Assembly (NCBI GenBank): GCA_964509425.1
Contig: CAZDWZ010000011.1
Coordinates: 35,429 to 99,428, forward strand
Direction: 5' to 3'
Length of the DNA: 64,000 nt
From: an uncultured Bdellovibrionales bacterium
Lineage (GTDB): Bacteria; Bdellovibrionota_C; UBA2361; SZUA-149; CAZDWZ01
Part shown: positions 40,239 to 50,799 of the stretch, in pieces
Position numbering within the stretch: position 1 is the first letter of the stretch
Layout of the letters: each line of letters begins with the position of its first letter
Notes under the pieces: model-generated
What the model saw: the letters and a program-made list of their open reading frames with translations, nothing else
Database searches by the model: none
What the model was told of the DNA's origin: nothing
Translations under genes and position numbers: made by a program

Positions 40239-40979
40239 TTACCTTTGTACTTGTGAGCTCCCCGACGGCATGAGGGTCGAGTCACTGGGTGTCTGAGGAC
40301 TGCCTCGCGCTTCACTTCGATATGCTTGGATGTCTCTTAGAATCTGCTTCTCGAGTGACGCCAGTTTTGATCCACTATTCCAGAATCTTCCCCCCGCGGC
40401 AGCTGCGAATTCTTGGAGGCACCCTCCTTCTCCATCGTAATCCACTGCGATTGTCGAGATGGTGATACCCATGGATTTTAGTTTATTCAGGTCCTCAATC
40501 ATGTCGCTGATGCACTCGTCCGTGGCTCCATCGCTCAGAAGAATAAAGTGCTTGCGAGTTGCCGGACAGTTTTCGAGCTGCGTCTTCGCGAACGACAACG
40601 CGGCGGTAAGATTAGATCTTGGCGAACTTACGATATTCTCAAAACTCTCTGCTGCTCGTTCCCTGACTTCTTTTACGTATGCAGGCGGAAGGAGGAGTGA
40701 CGCCTGTTCCGCGAAGCGTATCGCGGCAACGTAGAACTCATCATCCAACTGCCGGATTACATTGGGAACAGCCTTTCTCATCCGATCAAAGTTATCCAGC
40801 CGGTTAACGCTATTTGACGTATCGAGGATGAAGACTAACGCCGGAGTGTTCGCACCGCACTTTGCCGCAGGAGGCGGAGCAGAGTTAGAATCTGCAGAAG
40901 ATTCGGCGGCGATGCTCAGTGCTAGGGAAAGGGGCAGCAGCACCTTATGCCACCCGGGTAGTTTGAGATAGGCTAGCAC
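40239..40979 (-). CDS. secreted von Willebrand factor A domain protein
   Basis: vWA motifs LVFILDTSNSV and HFILLSDGATDE. Probable GTG start giving M/VLAYLKLPGWHKVLLPLSLALSIAAESSA signal peptide. The 5-prime end is uncertain (ORF extends to 41231). Confidence 0.5.
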   Translation of the reverse strand: MLAYLKLPGWHKVLLPLSLALSIAAESSADSNSAPPPAAKCGANTPALVFILDTSNSVNRLDNFDRMRKAVPNVIRQLDDEFYVAAIRFAEQASLLLPPAYVKEVRERAAESFENIVSSPRSNLTAALSFAKTQLENCPATRKHFILLSDGATDECISDMIEDLNKLKSMGITISTIAVDYDGEGGCLQEFAAAAGGRFWNSGSKLASLEKQILRDIQAYRSEARGSPQTPSDSTLMPSGSSQVQR

Positions 40980-41076
40980 TTTGCGATCTTGGTCAACCCT
41001 CACTTGAATGCACGCGAGTAACGAAAAGCAGGTAACCTTTCGCCTGCATCCGGCCCGGAGTAACTTGAGGTTTCGT

Positions 41077-41487
41077 ATGAAGAAAGCTCTCATGATTGTT
41101 GTGACCGTGGTCATCCTACTTGGATTATTCGGATGGGTGCTCCTGTCGTGGTTCAGCGCGGCTATCCACCTTTCGTATACGAAAGAGCGAGTCGTTGTTT
41201 TTGAGAAAGGAATTAGTTCCCTTTCTTCCATGTTCGCTCAGCACGCTTCGACAAGAACGTTAGTCCTGCAAAGTGTTCCGGTCAATGAAATTCGGCGGAA
41301 ATGCTCCACAGAGAAAAGGTTCCATGAGCCAATTGCCAAGGAGGAGCTGGAACTCTCGTTCCATTTTTTCTGCTTTCAATTTGACGAGCGAGAGAACCTT
41401 GTGCAGATAGATTTCTTCTCACGAAAGGTGTGGGAGCGAGTACACGAAAAGCTAGAGGCGAACAGCGCCCTTGAACCGACGAAATAG
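41077..41487 (+). CDS. hypothetical membrane-anchored protein
   Basis: MKKALMIVVTVVILLGLFGWVLLSWF N-terminal TM anchor. Confidence 0.4.
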   Translation: MKKALMIVVTVVILLGLFGWVLLSWFSAAIHLSYTKERVVVFEKGISSLSSMFAQHASTRTLVLQSVPVNEIRRKCSTEKRFHEPIAKEELELSFHFFCFQFDERENLVQIDFFSRKVWERVHEKLEANSALEPTK

Positions 41488-41594
41488 CGTTTACTCTGGT
41501 GCCAGATGAATTTTTGGCCGCCTACGGGGCTTGCTTGTTGAGGGTTTTTTGCACGAATATTTCGACTGTTTCTAGCGGATGCGGTGAAGTTTAG

Positions 41595-42068
41595 ATGATC
41601 CCAGCGAAAATCATAAAAGGCGATGCGACCCATGCCGCAGAAGTAATCGACATCGTCTTTACCGCGCTTCGTTCCTTTGGGATTGAGCCCTCGCCGGAGC
41701 GCTGGGAAGCTGAGATCGTGGCGTTTGGCAACAACGCGTCGCACGTCCATGAATACGTAGCCGTGCAAGACGAGCGGGTCGTCGGCCTCGTGGTTCTCGA
41801 AGAATGTCACGAAGCGATGATCCTCCGGGATCTCTACGTCGACGATAGAACACGAGGCCAAGGTATCGGCCGCGCTCTTCTCGAACATGCCGTTTCCATC
41901 GCGCGAGCGAATGGGTTCCGGCTTTTGAAGCTCGAAACACGAGAAGCCTTCACCGCTGCGGTTCGATTGTATGAGTCAACGGGGTGGGAGCGTGGACCGG
42001 ATCTCAGAGGGCCGGACGATCCGCCTGAAGGACCAGACCGAGGTTATTTTCTCCGACTCACGGATTAG
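41595..42068 (+). CDS. GNAT family N-acetyltransferase
   Basis: VVGLVVLEE...LYVDDRTRGQGIGRALLEHAVSIARANGF is the acetyl-CoA-binding motif A (Q/RxxGxG/A). Confidence 0.7.
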   Translation: MIPAKIIKGDATHAAEVIDIVFTALRSFGIEPSPERWEAEIVAFGNNASHVHEYVAVQDERVVGLVVLEECHEAMILRDLYVDDRTRGQGIGRALLEHAVSIARANGFRLLKLETREAFTAAVRLYESTGWERGPDLRGPDDPPEGPDRGYFLRLTD

Positions 42069-42119
42069 CGACGGCCTCGGGATACATCGCGATATTCTCA
42101 AGCAATCCGCCTTCGTTTC

Positions 42120-42365
42120 TCACATTGGATTTTGAAAAAGCTGAAGAAGAAAAACGAGCAAAATTAATCCAACCGATAACGGCACGACAGCATAGACGAA
42201 GAGAAAAAGCCCTCGCCGCATGAGCGCGGTGTGTTCTCCCCTGCGAGAAGGTCTGGCGATGTAGATGAATATGGCGGCCGCGATGCAAAAAACGCCGAGG
42301 ACTGAAATCACACAGGCAATTGACAAGAGGCCGATCACCAAAGCGTAGAGGAAAAAAAGCACCAT
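42120..42365 (-). CDS. small hydrophobic membrane protein
   Basis: 81-aa ORF with two TM helices. Could be spurious. Confidence 0.3.
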   Translation of the reverse strand: MVLFFLYALVIGLLSIACVISVLGVFCIAAAIFIYIARPSRRGEHTALMRRGLFLFVYAVVPLSVGLILLVFLLQLFQNPM

Positions 42366-42689
42366 CTGCAGATTTTACAACCATTCCCGCTGCGGAGCGA
42401 GCTGCTATTTGCCGGGACCTCGACCCCCAACTCCAACGAAGCATCTTTTCGAGATGTTTTCCTCTGAATATCCCAAACGAGCTTGATCTCTTCACAAGAG
42501 ACAGGCAATGCTCCGGCCCTTATTCTCCGGGGTGCGCTGTCGATCCCGGTCCGTTGCTGTTTCACATTCGAATCGCCTTTTAAAATCGCCCGGTCTTCGA
42601 TTGCGCGCGCTCGCGCCCTCGAGGATCTTGGGTCTTCAACCCTGTTTTGACCGATAAAGAAATCAATACCTTCCCCCTACGAGGAACGT

Positions 42690-43733
42690 GTGATGTTTCC
42701 GAACGATTCTCACGCTCGTGCACTCGCCGCGCTGCGAGCGAGCATCGACGCAAAAACCGGCCGGCTCTTGGAGCCGGGGAGTGGATCGAGAGACCTTTTC
42801 TGGTTTGGAGAGTTGACCCGCTTCAACTCCCGACGCGGAGGTGGCTTCGACGCAAACAACTTCGCCGCGACATGCCTTGCTTGCGGGAGGGAACTCGCCG
42901 GTGGAACGGAAGTGACGATGCGAACCCTGCTCCTTCTCGGAACGGTGAAAAGCAAACACCTGCTCCGCAGCAGGGCAGTTCTCGGCATCATCTCGCGCGA
43001 GGCCCGCGCCTTCACCGGTGGGTTCACTCCCGGGGAGAGAGCAGCGCAGTCGAGAGCGTTCGCGAATCTTCGCTGCGGGGACGACCCGGTGCTCGACGAC
43101 CACGTCGCGGCACTCCGTTCAGGAGCGGACTGGCTCTTCGACGATGCCGTCGCGATGTTGTGGGCACTGCTTCTCGCCGGTCGCGATATCAACAGTCTTC
43201 TCGGCGACGACATTCTGTTTGAAACCGGCCTCGGTGGCAGGGGGCAGTTTCACCGCTACCGGGACTTGTCGCACCTTCGCCTGATGTGCGGCTTGAAAGT
43301 TCCTGAAGAGATCGAGGTCCGTGAAAAAGCAGCCCGGGCTCCGCAGCACACGCTGGCGGGGTCGCAGAGTCCGCTCGAAGAAGATGTGGTGGAAGCGCTC
43401 GCCGGGATCGGTCTTCCCTTCGAGCAGCAGGTTCCCATCGCCGGATACTCAGCCGACTTCGTGGTCCAGACGGACGCGGGGCCGGTTGTCGTCGAGGCGA
43501 TGGGACTTGCCATGCATTACCTCTCCGAACTGCGCGCGCTGGCACTTCCGGAGCCGAGCGAAAGTCCGACGCCGTGCTGCATCACTGAAGAGCTGCGAGG
43601 TGAGGATGTCCTCCGCTTCAGGATCTACCGGAAGTTGGGATACCGAGTGCTTCCTCTCCGCAACAGCGACGTGCCGCGGAGACTCGACAGAAGAAAAGAA
43701 GTGATCCATGCCGGACTGCTCGCCGCGGTCTGA
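42690..43733 (+). CDS. hypothetical protein with C-terminal DUF559/Vsr-like (restriction-endonuclease-fold) domain
   Basis: The C-terminal ~110 aa (VVEALAGIGLPFEQQVPIAGYSADFVVQTDAGPVVVEAMG...DVLRFRIYRKLGYRVLPLRNSDV) follow the DUF559 pattern of a conserved Asp/Glu core, then LxxxGxxVlRfxn. Lies in a ~64% GC block. Confidence 0.45.
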   Translation: MMFPNDSHARALAALRASIDAKTGRLLEPGSGSRDLFWFGELTRFNSRRGGGFDANNFAATCLACGRELAGGTEVTMRTLLLLGTVKSKHLLRSRAVLGIISREARAFTGGFTPGERAAQSRAFANLRCGDDPVLDDHVAALRSGADWLFDDAVAMLWALLLAGRDINSLLGDDILFETGLGGRGQFHRYRDLSHLRLMCGLKVPEEIEVREKAARAPQHTLAGSQSPLEEDVVEALAGIGLPFEQQVPIAGYSADFVVQTDAGPVVVEAMGLAMHYLSELRALALPEPSESPTPCCITEELRGEDVLRFRIYRKLGYRVLPLRNSDVPRRLDRRKEVIHAGLLAAV

Positions 43734-43817
43734 CTGCACCGGACCAGAGGTTTTCGCTGTGGTTTAGCGAAGACCTTTGGTCCGGTGCAGCAAAATGCGC
43801 GGAGCGAGAACGTGTTT

Positions 43818-44801
43818 CTACCAAATCTCGCTCCGGCAAAAGTGACGAGGCTTCGCGCCGGTGAAGTAATCGCAAAGTTTGAGGGCGGCATTTCGAAAAG
43901 CCTCGCGCGGCGAAGACTGATCGAGGATCGCCAGCTGATACCTCAAACACTGGTCGTTTAGCTCAGGCGAACCGCTCTGTGCGGCAAACTCTCGGCAGAT
44001 CAGCGCTTGGATTCGACCCCTTTCCCGATCAGCTTGAGCTTCAGAGTCGGTAGAAACCCGCACGAGTCGGTTTGGGTCCGATTCCGCGTTGGTCTCTTTC
44101 TCGAATCGTGCTTTCAACTGCTCACCCGTGTCGATGTCCAAGTGCATGAAGATTCCGTCTATTTGATAGACGCAGTAAGGACGTTGGTTCACGTCCGGCT
44201 CTAAAACTTCCGATTCAAACGGCACAACTGGCTTATCGTTCGGTAGCCGACGGCAGAATTGGATCATGTCTTTGATTCCTGCCCCCTCCTGATGCAGCTT
44301 GTAGAAGACAGTCCCGATGCAGTCAGAAGTGAAGGTGCTCTGCCCGTTGAGACACATCTCTGCGGCTTTGAGAGGTGTATTCGCCCCCGGAACGAATAAT
44401 ACAGCCGCCACGACCGCGGTGGCAAAAACTTCTCCCCCGACTGTGGTTGAAGATCCCACGGTGTGCCGCATGGCTCGGCACCCGAGGTAGAACAGTGTGA
44501 ACCACCCGATGAGATTCGAAATTCCGAGCACGATCGGAAAGTAGAGGACCAAATAGATTCCGAAGTTACTTCCGATCACACTGCCCGAGCCGAGGACGCT
44601 GGCCAGGCCTTCCAGGAAATAGGTCGGCCAGCTCACGAGGACCTTGAGCGGCAGAACGGCGATATCGTGTACCTGCGAAAAAATGAGGTATGTTGGGTCC
44701 CTCACCAGCCGGAGGCTTGTTAGAGCAAGACCCGATGACAGAATGAAGCTGATCGCAAGATCAAGCCAGCGATCTCTGGTTGTGTTGAGAGTCTCCGTCA
44801 T
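43818..44801 (-). CDS. hypothetical polytopic membrane protein
   Basis: Six or more TM helices. Confidence 0.5.
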   Translation of the reverse strand: MTETLNTTRDRWLDLAISFILSSGLALTSLRLVRDPTYLIFSQVHDIAVLPLKVLVSWPTYFLEGLASVLGSGSVIGSNFGIYLVLYFPIVLGISNLIGWFTLFYLGCRAMRHTVGSSTTVGGEVFATAVVAAVLFVPGANTPLKAAEMCLNGQSTFTSDCIGTVFYKLHQEGAGIKDMIQFCRRLPNDKPVVPFESEVLEPDVNQRPYCVYQIDGIFMHLDIDTGEQLKARFEKETNAESDPNRLVRVSTDSEAQADRERGRIQALICREFAAQSGSPELNDQCLRYQLAILDQSSPREAFRNAALKLCDYFTGAKPRHFCRSEIW

Positions 44802-44967
44802 GCGTATGCCTCCGGTTAGACGACTGCTTTTAGAATTATGGATGGGTGGAAGGACGAAAGCTGGTGCGCTAGATACGGATGTATGAATTTTCGCTTACAA
44901 GTGCGAAAGACACGTGAATTCTGAACTGATGAGGTATCCGGTGACCGAACGGCCGGCCGAGCGCTCA

Positions 44968-45387
44968 ATGGTGAAAGTAATGAAAATCGAGCTTCGTGTT
45001 GTTTTTTTAGTCGCAACCGTAGCGCTTTTTACGCTGCCGAATCAGGCGAACGCCGCGGAGCCCTCACCTCCGAGGAGTGGTGTCGTAACCGTAACGCGAG
45101 ATCCGAATCCAGTTCCTACTGAGCTTCCGCAGAATTGGTATGAAGAAATGTCCCGCCCCAAAGCTGGTTATGTCCCGAACGCCGAGACGGCGATTGCGAT
45201 CGCAAAAGCAGTATGGGTCCCAATTTATGGGAAATCTGTCTTGAAACAGGAGCCGGTCCGGGCGTCCTTGGTGGGTGACGAATGGATCGTGAGCGGCACC
45301 TTTCAGGGCACAGGATTTGGGGGTGTTGCGACCGCCCGTATCTCGAAGTCGAGTGGATGTATCGTTGAGGTCATTCACGGGGAGTGA
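44968..45387 (+). CDS. secreted hypothetical protein
   Basis: Signal peptide MKIELRVVFLVATVALFTLPNQANA. Start is Met19 or Met23 of the ORF. Confidence 0.45.
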   Translation: MVKVMKIELRVVFLVATVALFTLPNQANAAEPSPPRSGVVTVTRDPNPVPTELPQNWYEEMSRPKAGYVPNAETAIAIAKAVWVPIYGKSVLKQEPVRASLVGDEWIVSGTFQGTGFGGVATARISKSSGCIVEVIHGE

Positions 45388-45413
45388 GGTGAGCGGCGTT
45401 TGAATGATATGAA

Positions 45414-45932
45414 GTGGCCGATCTGGGAGACTTTTCGATGCGACGCGTCGAAGCGCTCGGCGTTTCTGAATACATCGACCTTTATCGAGAGATCGGTCGT
45501 GACTACCTCTGGAACTATCGGCCGGGACAGAGCCTAACCGAGATTGCGGAGATCATCCATTCGCCGAAGACGTGGATCTATTTGCTCTTCGACCGAGAGC
45601 GCGCCGTTGGAATGGCGGAACTCGACGTTTCAAACCCGGAGGATATTGAGCTCGTTCATTTTGGATTGATACCGCGCCTGCTGAATCGGGGTCTTGGCAG
45701 GCTTTATCTTCAGAACGTGCTTCGGGTGGTGTGGGAAAGCGGGGCGGCTCGGATATGGCTGAGCACCTGCGGAATGGATCATCCGAATGCCGTGACGTTC
45801 TATGAAGTCGCCGGATTCGTCATTTTCAAGACCGCGCGCGGAGAATTCAAGGATTGGCGATTCACCGGTTTTTACGACATGTCAGATGCTCCCCGGATCC
45901 CCTTCGGAGTTCGAGTGAGTTCCGGAACATAG
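45414..45932 (+). CDS. GNAT family acetyltransferase
   Basis: LVHFGLIPRLLNRGLGRLYLQNVL fits motif A. NAVTFYEVAGF fits motif B. Confidence 0.55.
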   Translation: MADLGDFSMRRVEALGVSEYIDLYREIGRDYLWNYRPGQSLTEIAEIIHSPKTWIYLLFDRERAVGMAELDVSNPEDIELVHFGLIPRLLNRGLGRLYLQNVLRVVWESGAARIWLSTCGMDHPNAVTFYEVAGFVIFKTARGEFKDWRFTGFYDMSDAPRIPFGVRVSSGT

Positions 45933-46374
45933 GAGTCGCTCCTGTTCCCACAGCTTCTGACAAATCTCTAACCGTCCTCGGCCCTCGAAATCGGCCTGCA
46001 TAACTATAGATGATCAGAATCCCGAACCGCGAATTCCAGATTCGCTTTTCCGGCCGATCTTTGGCAAATGACCTCGAGGGATGCGCAAGAAAAGTCTCTC
46101 GACACGGTGTTGCATGGGGCAGCATTTTGTTGAGAGACGAGAAAGGACAATTGAGAAAACTTTAAAAAGGTTTTGCAATTCTCAAAGTTCTAGCATTTTC
46201 GTTTTTGTTGTTCATAAACTCATTCAGCAAAATTTTCCGGCTCCTGTGGAACGCAGCGGCTTACGCTTCTTGAAGGTGAGCGCGATTCTCATCCTGAGGA
46301 CGCGTAAGCCACTGACCCACAAGAGTCGAGCTTCGAGCGCCACCCGGCGCTTCGCAGCTCCGAGGAGAGAAAAG

Positions 46375-46716
46375 ATGAGCGATAGCAGCTTCGGCCAGTC
46401 GGACCTGCAGGAACTGGTGTTGGGTTATGTCTCGGTGACCCGGAAGGGTGGGGTGAACGGTTTCGAGCCGAAGCCCAAGCCCGAGCCGGGTGAGTGCGCC
46501 ATGCCTGCCAGGAGCTACCACCTGCCGCTCGGAACGTGCATCGTCTGGCGTCAGCGCTTCCCGAAGGCGCTGGACGACGACGGTCGCCCGATCGAGCGTG
46601 AGCTTGGCCTCGTTAACGTCACTGCCGAGCTGTGTGCCTTCGTCTCCCAGCTCGGCGGGAACGCCACCTGGGAGCAGCTGCGCGACGAAGGCTTCGGCTT
46701 GCCGATGCCCAAGTAG
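46375..46716 (+). CDS. hypothetical protein (GC-rich)
   Basis: Internal ATG of a 211-aa ORF where GC content rises sharply. Confidence 0.3.
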   Translation: MSDSSFGQSDLQELVLGYVSVTRKGGVNGFEPKPKPEPGECAMPARSYHLPLGTCIVWRQRFPKALDDDGRPIERELGLVNVTAELCAFVSQLGGNATWEQLRDEGFGLPMPK

Positions 46717-47134
46717 CACCGCTGTCGTGCCAGAGCTTCCGCGAGGAAGACTGGCGGGGCGAAATCACCAATCACAACAAACAACCCACCAACTTCTGGA
46801 GACTGTGCTTCGGCAACGGTCTCCGCATGTCTGATCTCAATCCATCGCTAAACGCTCAGGCGTTTAGGGGCTCTCACGAATATGTGAGGCATGCCTGATT
46901 GACATCATCCATAGGGAGCTTGGTAGCTAGAAACGAGAGAATGAGAGGTTCTTACCTCCTTTCTCCGTCTCTATCTTGGAGATCGATGCATGGGTTTGAA
47001 TCTCCTTCGAATCTCTTTGCCGCCGACTGGGATAAAGGTTAACCTCGGGCGCTTGTCACGATGACATTGGGCGCTCCGAATAGTGGTGCAGCTCGATTTC
47101 ACATTCGAGTGATCAAACTCCTCCGGTTCAACCG

Positions 47135-49171
47135 ATGCGTGCAGTCCCTAAAGATCCCGGCTGGCTTCGATCAGATTACGGTGCCATCACAGGAACGCCC
47201 AAAAAAGAATCGCCTCGAGGAGAAGCAACACCCGCGTTTCGGGTCGATATAAACGGGCTTCGTGCTGTCGCGATTCTTTTTGTTTTACTTTTCCACTTCT
47301 CTGTTCCGGGATTTTCGGGCGGTTATATTGGCGTAGATATCTTCTTCGTGATCTCCGGATATCTGATCGCCCGGATACTCCATAGCGATCGTCATCGTAG
47401 CTTCTCGATGCTTGGTTTCTACCGCCTTCGGGCGTTACGAATTTATCCGGCAATGCTGACGTTATTGGCCGTTTTGCTTTTGGCCGGTTTTTTCTTTGTC
47501 GAGCCGGTCGAATATGCCCGGCTCGCACGAAGCAGTCTCTACTCGATCTTCGGTGTCGTGAATTTCGTATTTCAATCTGAAGCTGACTACTTTGCACCGG
47601 TTCGAGATACAAACTGGCTGCTTCATATGTGGACCCTCTCGGTGGAGCTGCAGTTCTATCTTATCTGTCCGCCGGTTCTCCTTTGGGCGTCGAGACGAGG
47701 CGCGGAGTGCGAAAAGCGGCTTCTCGTTGGGACATGCGTGGCGTCGGCCCTTTTGTCGAGCGGACTCAGCTTCTTTTATCCGTCGGTCTCTTTCTTCTCC
47801 ACGCCGTGCCGGATCTGGGAATTCATGGCGGGCGCTCTCGCATTTGCCTTCCGCGACTCGCAGCTCGGACGGGCGAGGACAATTCTTAGCGGCGCAGGAT
47901 TGACGCTCATCATTTGCTCGCTTCCGTTGGCGGCTTCTGGTGCAGTTCGTCCGGCGTTTGCGATTTTCTTGCCGGTACTCGGCACTGCCGCGATTCTTCT
48001 TTCACCTTCGAGATCGCGATTGCTGTCGAACCCTGTGAGTCAACTCGTTGGTTCTCTCAGCTATTCACTCTACCTGTGGCATTGGCCGGTGCTGGTCGCC
48101 ATGAAATATTACGGTGTGCCTCTTACTGCGGCCTCAATCGGTTTGATGTTCGTTGCGGCGTTTATTCTTGCGGGTCTCTCGCGTGTGCTCATTGAGAAAC
48201 CGCTCCTCGCTTCGTCTCCCGGCGGCATTCCTCAGCGAGCAAGGTTCCCACTTCTTTTTACTGTTTTCTTCGCCGTTTTCACCGCCGCCGTTTTCATCGT
48301 CACCTCAAACGGCTATTCGTCGCGCATTCCGGCTTCTATTTCATTCGTTTCTAAGGCACAGTTCGGAACGGAGCACATTCGCCAAGATCGATGCTTTCTT
48401 TCGCCGCCGGCCGGGGGCGAGAAGTTTGCTGCCGAGTGCTTCAACCCGGTATCACCTTCCGAGGGCCACGAGATCATGCTCTTCGGAGATTCTCACGCGG
48501 CCCATCTCTGGCCCGGAATAGCGAGCACCGACAGCTTTCAATCGTATCGACTGTTACAGGCAACGAGCGGAGCATGTCCGCCATTTTTTCTTCCGGGGCC
48601 TCCTCTTCCGGGCGCCCTTTCGACTCCGCCGGATGTGTTCGACGGCATTACCGGTGTCGTCGTGAACTGCCCGACGATAAATCAACGAGCGCTTCGTGAG
48701 CTTCGGAAGCGACCTCCGAGGATCGTGATGCTGTCGGCGCGATGGTCGTTTTATAACGAGCACTCGCTCAATGTTGTAAAAGAGTTGGAGCGGCTGATCG
48801 GAGAGGTGGCTGCGCTCGGTTCGAAGGTGATCCTCGTCGGTCCTATACCGGAGTGGAGCCCCAAGCTTCCTCAGAAAGTATTTCGACCCGCGTTCCAGAA
48901 CGGAGGGCGTGTGCCGAAGAGAATGGAAGACGAGACCTTCGGGAAAATTTCCGAGCTTGATCGTGACATGGCCGCTCTCAGCGCGCGGATGGGAATCGGT
49001 TATGTGTCACTCGTTCATCTCCTTTGCGAAAATAATCAGTGTCGAACGACAGTACCCGACGGTGAAAGCGACGCACTGATTGCCTGGGACTCGGCGCATC
49101 TCACACTCCCCGGAAGCAAATGGATCGCGGAGCACGGACTCGCTCGCGAAATTTCGAACCAATTGAGGTAG
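47135..49171 (+). CDS. acyltransferase family 3 (OafA/YrhL-like) with C-terminal SGNH domain
   Basis: RVDINGLRAVAILFVLLFHF...GGYIGVDIFFVISGYLI is the AT3 signature. About 10 TM helices, then a soluble domain with GDSH (MLFGDSHAAHLWPG) typical of SGNH hydrolases. Confidence 0.75.
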   Translation: MRAVPKDPGWLRSDYGAITGTPKKESPRGEATPAFRVDINGLRAVAILFVLLFHFSVPGFSGGYIGVDIFFVISGYLIARILHSDRHRSFSMLGFYRLRALRIYPAMLTLLAVLLLAGFFFVEPVEYARLARSSLYSIFGVVNFVFQSEADYFAPVRDTNWLLHMWTLSVELQFYLICPPVLLWASRRGAECEKRLLVGTCVASALLSSGLSFFYPSVSFFSTPCRIWEFMAGALAFAFRDSQLGRARTILSGAGLTLIICSLPLAASGAVRPAFAIFLPVLGTAAILLSPSRSRLLSNPVSQLVGSLSYSLYLWHWPVLVAMKYYGVPLTAASIGLMFVAAFILAGLSRVLIEKPLLASSPGGIPQRARFPLLFTVFFAVFTAAVFIVTSNGYSSRIPASISFVSKAQFGTEHIRQDRCFLSPPAGGEKFAAECFNPVSPSEGHEIMLFGDSHAAHLWPGIASTDSFQSYRLLQATSGACPPFFLPGPPLPGALSTPPDVFDGITGVVVNCPTINQRALRELRKRPPRIVMLSARWSFYNEHSLNVVKELERLIGEVAALGSKVILVGPIPEWSPKLPQKVFRPAFQNGGRVPKRMEDETFGKISELDRDMAALSARMGIGYVSLVHLLCENNQCRTTVPDGESDALIAWDSAHLTLPGSKWIAEHGLAREISNQLR

Positions 49172-49449
49172 AGAGTCTTCGCGCGTGTTTTGTATAGCTC
49201 CATTGGTTTTACGTTTTCCATTCCTTTCAGTAACTTTTCCTCGGCTACGAATTTAGTCCTCTCTGTGCGTGCTGGATGCGATTCAGCCGATTCTCTCCCC
49301 TTCCGTCACCGTGACGATTGAGCGGAACTCCGCGCGGTTACCGTTACCTTTGAAGATTGCCCTGGCGGGTAAGCTCAGAGGGGAAATCGAACTCTGAGTT
49401 CGGTATTCGCGTTGCCTGAGCCGGAACGAGCGGATATAGACCCGAGAAT

Positions 49450-49968
49450 ATGCAGATTGCGCATCACGTCATTGCCGGCTGGTGTTCAGGAGCCGCTCTC
49501 CTTCGCACTCCCCGCGAGAGATTCTTCTGTCTTCTCGCTGGAACTCTGCCCGATCTCGACGGCATCGGTATTCTCTTCGATGTCCGGCTCTACCAGAAGT
49601 ATCACCATGTTCTCGGTCACAATGCGTTGACCGGAATACTTCTCAGTGCGGCGTTTGCTGCTTTCTCGACGCAGCGCTTTTCGGCGTTTTTCATCTATCT
49701 CACCTCATTTCATCTCCATCTTTTTCTCGATTATCTCGGTTCAGGCCCAGGGTGGGGAATGTATTATCTGTGGCCATTTTCAGATCGGTACTTCGAAAAT
49801 CCCCATGTCTGGGAGCTTCAGTCCTGGCAGAACGGAGTAGCGCTCGCGTTCTTCCTCGTGTGGATGATCGTTCTAATTGTCCGGACGGGGCACACTCCGG
49901 TGGAAGTTCTCTCGCCGCGGTTAGATAAAGTGTGGGCAGCGAAGGTGAAGGGGTTTGTGGAGCGGTAG
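49450..49968 (+). CDS. membrane-bound metal-dependent hydrolase-like protein (DUF457/YbcI-like)
   Basis: HHVIAGW...TLPDLDGIGILFD...YHHVLGHN has the spaced His/Asp pattern of DUF457. Confidence 0.5.
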   Translation: MQIAHHVIAGWCSGAALLRTPRERFFCLLAGTLPDLDGIGILFDVRLYQKYHHVLGHNALTGILLSAAFAAFSTQRFSAFFIYLTSFHLHLFLDYLGSGPGWGMYYLWPFSDRYFENPHVWELQSWQNGVALAFFLVWMIVLIVRTGHTPVEVLSPRLDKVWAAKVKGFVER

Positions 49969-50026
49969 GGCGTGATGGGCGACGAATCGGACTTGCTTCG
50001 ATAACGATAAGGAACAAGGACTCATA

Positions 50027-50335
50027 GTGAAGGACAACGACCTCGAGAAGCTTTTCTCAGCAATCGAACAGCGATATCTGCGGCTTGGCGACAATACGGA
50101 AAAGCGGAAAGCCTTTCTTGATCATCTCTCGTCTCTCGGGACTTGGGAGGAAGACGTGCAGGATTATCCAAAGCTCTCCTGCAACTTTCCTGAAGCGATT
50201 GATGTCGCATTTGCCGTTTGCCACCCGACGTGTGCAACAAGGGAATTCATAGTTGAGGGAAGCACGCAGGAGTGTCAGCGCTGTGGTGCCCTCCTGTTTA
50301 GACAGGAAACAATGAAATACATTAGAGGCAACTGA
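50027..50335 (+). CDS. small hypothetical protein with Cys pairs
   Basis: CHPTC...CQRCG. Confidence 0.35.
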   Translation: MKDNDLEKLFSAIEQRYLRLGDNTEKRKAFLDHLSSLGTWEEDVQDYPKLSCNFPEAIDVAFAVCHPTCATREFIVEGSTQECQRCGALLFRQETMKYIRGN

Positions 50336-50378
50336 ACAGCGTTTATCAAACGAACGCTGGTGTCGAAATCTCAAGTTT

Positions 50379-50741
50379 ATGAAACTGGTCAAGGTTTGCT
50401 TCTGGATTGCGGTATTTTCGCTCCTATTTCTTCCCTGCGTGATCATCTCGATGGATGTCTACGCGATCGTCTGTCGAACTACGGGGCTCGACATCTATTC
50501 GGTCTACTGCAGCGCGAGCGAAGCGAAAGATCCGATGTTCGCAGCTGCCTTCTTCTCGGGAATTGCAGGCGCACTCATTACCACGTGGCTCCTTTCACGT
50601 CTGGCGGTTTCTAAAATTCGAGGAAAACATTGGATTATCTTAGCGATTATTTTTTGTGCGCTCATGATAGACTGTGCGGGTGGAGCTGCGAGAGACAGTT
50701 CAAGTTCTCGAAGACATGCCAGCTATTCACAGCAAAAATGA
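50379..50741 (+). CDS. hypothetical membrane protein
   Basis: Three TM helices. Confidence 0.35.
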   Translation: MKLVKVCFWIAVFSLLFLPCVIISMDVYAIVCRTTGLDIYSVYCSASEAKDPMFAAAFFSGIAGALITTWLLSRLAVSKIRGKHWIILAIIFCALMIDCAGGAARDSSSSRRHASYSQQK

Positions 50742-50799
50742 TGTTTTTCGACGAAACATAGGTGTGTTGAGTTTGAGAGCAGATGCAGAGTGATCCGCG

